This document shows, piece after piece, positions 1 to 6,177 of a stretch of 11,070 nt of DNA. A model generated the notes under the pieces. It did not search any database. It was given only the letters and a program-made list of their open reading frames with translations, and had not been told where the DNA came from. Source of the DNA: a virus; UHGV virus genome UHGV-0129235, one strand, 5' to 3'. Position numbers and translations under genes: made by a program. Numbering within the stretch: position 1 is the first letter of the stretch; each line of letters begins with the position of its first letter.

Positions 1-33
1 ACGGAATAGAGATAACACGAGGAGTGGTTAGAA

Positions 34-66
34 ATGGCTAAAGTTCTGGTGCTTTTACATAGCTAA
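34..66 (+). pseudogene. wrbA: Displaced native 5' end of wrbA (RBS + ATG + codons MAKVLVL) running into island DNA and stopping after 10 codons; left half of attB
   Basis: atg gct aaa gtt ctg gtg ctt (34-54) encodes MAKVLVL, which is the N-terminus of enterobacterial WrbA as I recall it; gaggag SD at 18-23; frame then reads LHS-stop in island sequence. The same codons resume at the right edge of the window. Confidence 0.55.
46..60. other. attL junction (host-island crossover region, shared core GTGCTTT at 49-55)
   Basis: ctggtgcttt|tacat: matches wrbA through GTGCTTT then diverges into island sequence; same 7-mer present at right junction 11016-11022. Confidence 0.5.
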
Positions 67-83
67 ACACGTACATTCAACTA

Positions 84-98
84 CCTGTTAATAACAGG
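84..98. repeat. Palindrome CCTGTTA-a-TAACAGG in attP-proximal left arm (candidate protein-binding site)
   Basis: 7-bp perfect inverted arms around a single central base, ~30 bp inside the attL crossover. Confidence 0.4.
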
Positions 99-435
99 AC
101 AATATCAGGTGAATCCCTATTCAATTTAAAGGCATTTCCCCAAGTATCTATGCAATCCTACACAGATTCTATGCAGTATCGGTATAGTCTCTTTTTAGTC
201 TAACTTATTGAAATATATAAAGAATCTGCGAAGTCTCTTTTCAGGGTAAACTGTATCGTGTTAGTCGTCCCTCTCTCGACTCCTAGAAAAGTGCTATATA
301 CAGGGCTATATAACGATATATAGATGTTTGGTCACCATACGTTACAGTTGCAAGAGATAACAATCAGCTATGTGAAAGTTAGGAAGTGATGGTTATAGTT
401 ACCCTCCTAAAATCTTCATAGCTCCTTCATAACCA

Positions 436-561
436 GTCTTAAAAGGACTTCCTTTTGAGACACTTTCAACGTAACGGTAGAATGCACCCTCAAGTAGTCT
501 CAAAAGGTTGTTTTTGGATTATGAGACAGCTAAACTTATGAGACTAACTTTTGAGACATCT
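436..561. promoter_or_regulatory. res-like recombinase binding-site cluster and probable autoregulated promoter upstream of the small serine recombinase
   Basis: 26-bp imperfect palindrome GTCTTAAAAGG-actt-CCTTTTGAGAC (436-461); third copy GTCTCAAAAGG (497-507); direct repeats TTATGAGAC (519-527, 536-544) and TTTTGAGACA (549-558); GTTTTTGGATTA (510-521) resembles the Hin/Gin-type half-site GGTTTTTGATAA; possible -35 ttgttt (508-513) / -10 taaact (530-535). Confidence 0.45.
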
Positions 562-572
562 AAGGGGGATGT

Positions 573-1121
573 ATGGCGGTGATTGGTTATTGCAGGGTAT
601 CAACACAAGACCAGACTGTAGACAACCAGAAACTACAGATAGAGAAGGTTCACAAGGTCGATAAATGGTTTATTGATGAGGCTGTCTCAGGAGCTACAAA
701 GGCCACCAGCAGAGATGGTTTTAGAGACATGATGAACTATGTAAGGTGTGACGATACGTTAGTTGTGGTAGCTATTGACCGTTTAGGGCGTAATACCGTT
801 GATGTGCTCTCTAACGTGGAGTCACTACAGACTAAAGGTGTGAGGGTTGTTTCTCTACGTGAAGGTTTTGACCTGTCTACACCAATCGGTAAAGCAATGC
901 TTACTATGATGGCTGGTTTAGCTGACCTTGAAAAAGACCTTATCAGTGAACGTAGAAAGGCTGGTATTGAACGTGCTAAAGCTGAAGGGGTTCACATGGG
1001 AAGACCTGTAAAAGCTTCTTCAGAGGCTGTACAGATGCTTATTTCACAAGGTAAAACGAGGTTGCAGATTCAGGAAGAGCTAGGAATCTCTAGAGCAACT
1101 TATTACAGACTTGCTAAATAA
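573..1121 (+). CDS. Small serine recombinase, resolvase/DNA-invertase family
   Basis: 182-aa ORF; N-terminal MAVIGYCRVSTQDQ catalytic-serine motif, DRLGR motif, C-terminal HTH (LGISRATYYRLAK); SD aaggggg 4 nt before ATG. Confidence 0.9.
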   Translation: MAVIGYCRVSTQDQTVDNQKLQIEKVHKVDKWFIDEAVSGATKATSRDGFRDMMNYVRCDDTLVVVAIDRLGRNTVDVLSNVESLQTKGVRVVSLREGFDLSTPIGKAMLTMMAGLADLEKDLISERRKAGIERAKAEGVHMGRPVKASSEAVQMLISQGKTRLQIQEELGISRATYYRLAK

Positions 1122-1805
1122 GTTACTGAATAGTTACATGGATGTGACTGATATTTGGCTTTTTTGCAAAGGGGGTCACATAGCTGGTGTGACGGGTACT
1201 TAGCAGCTACAGATTGATTGCAGATATTTTCGAAGATTATCGGGGAAGGGAAATGTAGAGGGGCTAGTCATTTTTTATAAAAAATTTAGAGGCTGGATAT
1301 TACCTGTATAGATTTTAACCAGTATAGAAGCCTGTATAACATGAGGGGTTCCTATGGTCACTATATCCCTCTTTCCCACTAAGGAAGCCTTAGCAGCACC
1401 TAGGCAACTATTGACTAAGGTCAACTTCATAAACTCAGAGTTAAGTTACCTTGAAAGATTCTACCAAGAAACTACACAGGTATTATTTAGTCTGACTGTG
1501 AAGAGATGTTTAACGGGAGGAAGAGAACCATGAAACCGAAGGTAGGTTCTATCTTAACAGTGACCGTAAGAAGAGAACTTGAGAGACAACTAAACAAACC
1601 TCTTAAGTAAAAGACAACACTCCAGAAAGAGTGTCTGTTTAACAGGCTTCTCAAAAGCTCTTAAGAAATCTGTTAAGTAGGGTCATGTGAACAATCTTAC
1701 CATTTTGTCAATGCTTTTGTCTTTGACCTAAATCAATAAAATGTATCGTTTGATGTGCTTTTAAACAAAATAGCTAAAGAATCTTTTTAGAGGGGCGCTT
1801 CGCTT

Positions 1806-2003
1806 GTGTCACATCCAATAATCAATGTCGGTCGTTATCATGGTGGTTCTGATGACTGGCGTACACCGTATCGTTTATTTCGTAACCTACACCGAGAATT
1901 TAGTTTCTCAATGGATGGTGCTGCAACTGAGCATGACGCATTGTTGCCACGGTTCACCGATGATATTCACAATCAATCATGGGTTGGTGAACGGGGTCTG
2001 TAA
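1806..2003 (+). pseudogene. N-terminal fragment of a phage Dam-type DNA N6-adenine methyltransferase (truncated remnant)
   Basis: 65-aa ORF with SDDWRTPYRLFRNLHREFSFSMDGAATEHDALLPRFTDDIHNQSWVGERG, matching the pattern D-x-W-x-TP...LF..L..EF.F..D.AA...NA....F...D.L.Q.W.G that I recall for phage Dam (Pfam Dam family); the expected downstream NPPYS catalytic region is absent in all frames. Confidence 0.4.
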
Positions 2004-2685
2004 AGATTGTTTAAGAAGTCGGTTTAGGGATTGGTAGATGATTCGGATGAAGCATCCTCATAACAATACCAATTAGAAGGTGGCTCTCCCTTTCTGGGGT
2101 TATCGCCTTGTATCTTAGTGAGTCCAGGAAGTTCTCTGTGAAGGGTCTTGTCAGTCCTTTATATTGGGTGATTACAACTTATTGAAAAATAAGAACTTTT
2201 AGAAGTTACTGTCAGATAGGTGAATACTTGATAGATACAGCTTTCTGGTTCTGTCAAGCTATTTTTTAATAGATAGCACAAAATGCTAAAGATACCCCTA
2301 TACCATCTCGTACAGGGGGTTTTGAAGGGAGTTTAACGGGGGTCTGTGTGGTTATCTGTTCTGGTCCTGTCCTTGAGGTCAAACGACCATTCACGACCAA
2401 ACAATCTGAACACGATAAACACTCTGACGATGAAATAGCGAAGTAATAAGCCTGCAATCAGCCCAACACCTCCACCAGCCCATACATCAGGTGACCCCAG
2501 CTCAGGAGGGAGATTTACCATTAAATTTCCTGTGTGCAATGCAATACCATGTGACATACATAGTTGATTCGGTTAGTTGGGCTTGTACCAACCCCTATCG
2601 AATAAACCTCATAGCCACGCCTTTATATTTTCCCTCTCTCATAAAACCATTATACCATAAATGTTAATAAAATGTTAAAAAATGC

Positions 2686-2714
2686 TTGACATTAGCCTTT
2701 GAAACTGCTAAGAT
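2686..2714 (+). promoter_or_regulatory. Sigma70-like promoter (TTGACA-17 bp-TAAGAT) for the four-gene operon
   Basis: Perfect -35 TTGACA at 2686-2691, 17-bp spacer, -10 TAAGAT at 2709-2714, followed by the motif ATTGTATATAT shared with the promoter at 4670. Confidence 0.5.
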
Positions 2715-2763
2715 TGTATATATAGTTAACAGGAAATTAACAATTACAAGGGCCAGCTTATGA

Positions 2764-3318
2764 ATGAACAACAAAGATTTTCAAAAATTTCTTGAAGAAT
2801 CCAAGAGACGCAACAGACACAACGGTTACAGCCACACAGACACCCCCACCAGCTACGAAGTCCCAACCTTTAGCAAATCCGAACGTAAGAACATTGAAGC
2901 GGTCATTCGTAGTATTACGCCACGAGACAGATTTATGCCAGCACGCAAAGAAAAAGAGAATACTTTAAAAACTTTCTTGATGGGCTTTGATTCTTACGAG
3001 CAATTACCGCCACGAATTGAAGATGTAATTATCGGTACTTGTCGCAGTTTTGGAAGGGATAACTATCACCGGAAAGTTTTCTATTTACTACGAAATCTTG
3101 ACAAAATTAGCTCAAGCACAGTAACAAATTATCTTCAGCGTCAAGCAACCAGGCTTAGCTATGAATTACCAAGCGATAAATATTGCGCTAACTTAGCCAC
3201 TATTTGCATGAAAGTTATTGAGACAATTAATCATCATGCGGAAGTGGGCAATATCAGCCTTACGATTAGTGAACCAGATTTCGAGTTTGACCCGTATTTA
3301 GTTACAGAGGAATTTTAA
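2764..3318 (+). CDS. Hypothetical protein (184 aa), first gene of four-gene operon
   Basis: Intact ORF directly downstream of promoter; abutted by next gene start (TAAATG); no family recognised. Confidence 0.6.
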   Translation: MNNKDFQKFLEESKRRNRHNGYSHTDTPTSYEVPTFSKSERKNIEAVIRSITPRDRFMPARKEKENTLKTFLMGFDSYEQLPPRIEDVIIGTCRSFGRDNYHRKVFYLLRNLDKISSSTVTNYLQRQATRLSYELPSDKYCANLATICMKVIETINHHAEVGNISLTISEPDFEFDPYLVTEEF

Positions 3319-3597
3319 ATGAATAAACACACATTAACCCGTATTTCAGAGGAAGCTTTTAACGGGCTTACCAGAATTAAACAAGCAACTAACTTACCTC
3401 ATCAAACTATTATGCAACTTGCAATTGCTAAAGAGGTCACTGAGTCGGATTTACTTAAATATCCAGTCTCTAAAGGTCGTAAGCACATCCGAATTAGTCA
3501 GGACGCTTTAGATACTTTGAAGGCACTTAACGGCTTTAAAATTGATATTGCCCGTCTATTGAGTCTTAAGATTCACAAGTTAGCGATGGAGGTTTAA
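3319..3597 (+). CDS. Hypothetical small protein (92 aa), possible DNA-binding regulator
   Basis: ORF with SD agagga 9 nt upstream; start abuts upstream stop; function not recognised (regulator assignment is a guess from size and a helix-like segment NLPHQTIMQLAIAKEV). Confidence 0.55.
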   Translation: MNKHTLTRISEEAFNGLTRIKQATNLPHQTIMQLAIAKEVTESDLLKYPVSKGRKHIRISQDALDTLKALNGFKIDIARLLSLKIHKLAMEV

Positions 3598-3812
3598 TGC
3601 TATGCGTTACCTTTGAATACCACACGGATAAAATGATTCGCCACATCTCCGACCTCCTGATTAAGGGAAACGGATTCGGTGACATCCATAACTCAAAAGA
3701 TATTTTCATTAAAGCCATTGGCCCAAATGAAGTACTGAAAACAGCAGTTAAACCGGAATGGTTTGAGCGTCACAAGATTGAATTAGGTTATTGGGGTGAG
3801 GAGGTTTTATGA
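3597..3812 (+). CDS. Hypothetical small protein (71 aa)
   Basis: SD ggagg 6 nt upstream; ATG overlaps upstream stop (TAATG), consistent with translational coupling. Confidence 0.55.
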   Translation: MLCVTFEYHTDKMIRHISDLLIKGNGFGDIHNSKDIFIKAIGPNEVLKTAVKPEWFERHKIELGYWGEEVL

Positions 3813-4096
3813 AACCTTGGCATGAAGATGTTAGACGATATTTTACAGAACACCTTATCTATGATGAATCCAGTGATTCCCTGTGCTGGTCTGATGGAGA
3901 GTCAGTCACGATAAATACCGACGACTACGGCAACAAAACATTTAATATAGGCCGATATACTTTCTACGTGAAATATGTTGTCTGGTTCCTTTATCATGGC
4001 TATCAATCCAACAAGCAAATTATCCATCGAAATGGTAACAGAGCCGATACCAGACCAAAAAATCTTATGCAAGTCCGAGACTTTAAGAGAAATTAG
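3809..4096 (+). CDS. HNH endonuclease-like small protein (95 aa)
   Basis: SD gaggagg 5 nt upstream; ATGA start/stop overlap; C-terminal YHGYQSNKQIIHRNGNRADTRPKNL resembles the HNH_3-type motif (hydrophobic-H-x-N-G-x-x-x-D-x-R-x-x-NL) of phage HNH nucleases. Confidence 0.5.
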   Translation: MKPWHEDVRRYFTEHLIYDESSDSLCWSDGESVTINTDDYGNKTFNIGRYTFYVKYVVWFLYHGYQSNKQIIHRNGNRADTRPKNLMQVRDFKRN

Positions 4097-4250
4097 AAAA
4101 ACAGCTTCTCAGACGCTCTCAATCGCATTCTAACGCAAAAAACTACCTTATTTTAGTGGGTAATACCACTGTACAGGCTACCCCTGAAAAAGACTGTTTA
4201 GCTCGTTACAGAGCGATTGAGGAGGTCTGGTAAAAAGGAGATTTTAAGAA

Positions 4251-4580
4251 ATGAGAGAATTAAACTTCCCACTACAGATTTTTATTGATACCGACACCGC
4301 CATGATGATTCAGGCTTTCGCTGATGTAGGTGTTAGCATTGACTTTGATAAGTTGTTAGAGTTAATGACTGATAATGCGGAAAGCATCTCTGACTTTATT
4401 CAGTCGGTGGAGTTTAACGAGCCTCGAATGATGCTACCAATTAAAGACAGCAACATGAAAAGATTGGTTATCGAGCAAACGAACAAATTCAGCGTTAGCC
4501 CTGAAAGATATCTCAAGGCAGCTATAGCAATTTTGTACGCTGACAATATTTTGGTGACGGATTCGAAGGTGGTGCATTAA
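4251..4580 (+). CDS. Hypothetical acidic protein (109 aa)
   Basis: ORF with SD aaggag 10 nt upstream; net acidic composition; no family recognised. Confidence 0.6.
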   Translation: MRELNFPLQIFIDTDTAMMIQAFADVGVSIDFDKLLELMTDNAESISDFIQSVEFNEPRMMLPIKDSNMKRLVIEQTNKFSVSPERYLKAAIAILYADNILVTDSKVVH

Positions 4581-4645
4581 TGGAATTGGTGATTATCTGT
4601 TTTGTATTGATTGGCATGATTGCAGGTGCATCTATTAAAGTATAA
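4580..4645 (+). CDS. Possible 21-aa hydrophobic single-TM peptide (MELVIICFVLIGMIAGASIKV), translationally coupled
   Basis: ATG overlaps stop of upstream gene (TAATG); almost entirely hydrophobic; too short for the ORF track; speculative. Confidence 0.25.
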   Translation: MELVIICFVLIGMIAGASIKV

Positions 4646-4669
4646 ATGTTACCAATCTGTTAAAAGCTG

Positions 4670-4698
4670 TTGACAAATAACCTTGAGCATGACATAAT
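4670..4698 (+). promoter_or_regulatory. Sigma70-like promoter (TTGACA-17 bp-CATAAT) sharing the ATTGTATATAT motif with promoter at 2686
   Basis: -35 TTGACA 4670-4675, 17-bp spacer, -10 CATAAT 4693-4698, immediately followed by TTGTATATAT. Confidence 0.5.
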
Positions 4699-4901
4699 TG
4701 TATATATGAGGATAGTCTTCTATCCGAAGTCTATAGGGAGAGCAATTCTCCTTGAATTAAAATATTAATCATCTCTACATCGATGATAACTATATTCTGA
4801 TTGGAAAGGTGCAATGCTTTTCGTCATGGCCTTTCAGTTCGGTCTGAGAGGTCATCTCGAAAAGTGCTTAATCATTCATTCATTGAACCCTTTACAGCTT
4901 T

Positions 4902-4930
4902 GCCCTAATCATGAGTTAGGGCTTTCTTTA
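4902..4930 (+). terminator. Terminator-like hairpin (GCCCTAA-7 nt loop-TTAGGGC + TTTCTTT)
   Basis: 7-bp perfect stem with U-rich tail; lies in the leader between promoter 4670 and gene 5145. Confidence 0.4.
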
Positions 4931-4998
4931 AGAGTTTTTAAACAGAGCTTTTAAAGAAAGTTTTTCCTGAAACTTCGTTAACGTTAAAGCAAACCTTC

Positions 4999-5034
4999 AA
5001 AGCCCTTCACAGATTATGTTTAGGGCTTTTTTCA
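4999..5034 (+). terminator. Terminator-like hairpin (AAGCCCT-15 nt loop-AGGGCTT + TTTTT)
   Basis: 7-8 bp stem followed by T-run; sequence-related to hairpin at 4902 (both contain TAGGGCTTT and a downstream AGCTTTTAAA). Confidence 0.45.
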
Positions 5035-5144
5035 GCTTTTAAAAAGCATACTTGGCAAACCACCTTTTAAGTCTCTTCTAAGTTTAGATAGGCTGTCAGG
5101 TGTGCTTTTTAAAAACTGAATATTACTTAGAAGAGGAAAATGAA

Positions 5145-5852
5145 ATGGAAAATCTATATATTAGCGGTAGAAAGGTTGATAGCTTCGGTGACTGGTCGCC
5201 ACAGACTGAACATCCAGCTATCACTATTCAGCGTAAAGAACACGATGAAAGAATTAAGCTTGAGCAATCGTTAAAGATGTCACCAAAGGTAATTTCCTTT
5301 GTGTCTCCTGAGCCTCAAGAAATGCCAGATATCTGCAAAAGTGAAGCACTATTTAATCTTGAGCGTGAATATTACCCACAGTTAAAAGCACAGCGTATTA
5401 AACTTGATGACGCTTACAGCAAAGTTACCCTGATGCAATCAGCTATTGAGCCGTCAGAATTTGAGATTCAGGATGAATTGTCACAGAAGCCGTATGTTTA
5501 CTTCACATACGAAGATAATGATGGTTTTGGTACTTTTCAAGAAAACGTCACAGACGTGATTAGTAGTCTTCCTGCTGGACATCGAATTGTGAAGATGGTT
5601 AAAGCTTCAAGAGGTGCTGGTCAGTTTATTTACATGACTAATAAGAGCGATGAAGAACTCTGTGAACTTGCCAGACAGAACATCTTGGCATCACGTAACA
5701 AGCAACTTGAAAATGTTAAGTTGTATCTCTCAAGAGAGCTTCAGGCTATGAAAGAGCTTGTGAAAGAATATGAAGATGCTAAGAAGATTGCTATGCAGGC
5801 TGATATTGAGCAGCTTACGAAGATTTCTCAGAAATATGCAAAGGCTATTTGA
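5145..5852 (+). CDS. Hypothetical protein (235 aa; C-terminal coiled-coil-like region)
   Basis: ORF; preferred start ATG 5145 (MENLYISG) with SD gaagagga upstream, rather than GTG 5100 of the ORF track; no family recognised. Confidence 0.6.
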   Translation: MENLYISGRKVDSFGDWSPQTEHPAITIQRKEHDERIKLEQSLKMSPKVISFVSPEPQEMPDICKSEALFNLEREYYPQLKAQRIKLDDAYSKVTLMQSAIEPSEFEIQDELSQKPYVYFTYEDNDGFGTFQENVTDVISSLPAGHRIVKMVKASRGAGQFIYMTNKSDEELCELARQNILASRNKQLENVKLYLSRELQAMKELVKEYEDAKKIAMQADIEQLTKISQKYAKAI

Positions 5853-5870
5853 TATGGTGTGAGGTGATGA

Positions 5871-6080
5871 ATGATTGAAGAACGTTTAGAGACTATTCGG
5901 TCTGTTTGTGAAAACTTAAAGTTACAAACTAAGCCAGCCTTAAGAATTAAAACCAAACATCAAATTATCACCTCACGCAAACCAAAAACACGCAAGATTC
6001 CAAAGTGGTGTATCGACCGTATCCCTTCCGATGCTCAAATTATAGGTGAAACGGAACTACATTATCTTGTCAGGCATTAA
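5871..6080 (+). CDS. Hypothetical small basic protein (69 aa)
   Basis: ORF with SD gaggtga just upstream; Lys/Arg-rich (RKPKTRKIPK); followed by terminator. Confidence 0.5.
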   Translation: MIEERLETIRSVCENLKLQTKPALRIKTKHQIITSRKPKTRKIPKWCIDRIPSDAQIIGETELHYLVRH

Positions 6081-6102
6081 AAAAGATTGGTTGGGTGAAT
6101 AC

Positions 6103-6142
6103 GGGGAGAGATTAACCTTAATTGGTTGGTCCTCCCCTTTTT
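6103..6142 (+). terminator. Rho-independent terminator candidate (GGGGAG...CTCCCC + TTTTT)
   Basis: GC-rich 6-bp stem with structured loop and 5-T tail, right after the 69-aa gene stop. Confidence 0.5.
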
Positions 6143-6177
6143 CGTATATGAACACTTAAAGAGGTGAAATATGAACA

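Noticed and set aside
1825-2037. 70-aa ORF overlapping the Dam fragment in another frame
   Set aside because: No recognisable motif and no RBS; the overlapping frame carries the Dam-like signature instead.
2266-2457. 63-aa minus-strand ORF in the decayed region
   Set aside because: Overlaps the 2333-2557 frame; Cys/Ser-rich with no RBS; likely chance ORF in a degenerate region.
2333-2557. 74-aa minus-strand ORF with one transmembrane-like helix
   Set aside because: No SD upstream of the ATG and it sits in a region that looks decayed; too weak to call a gene, mentioned only as a possible remnant.
5100-5144. GTG start at 5100 for the 235-aa gene (ORF-track start)
   Set aside because: The in-frame ATG at 5145 has a proper SD (gaagagga) whereas GTG 5100 has none; the upstream extension is probably untranslated.
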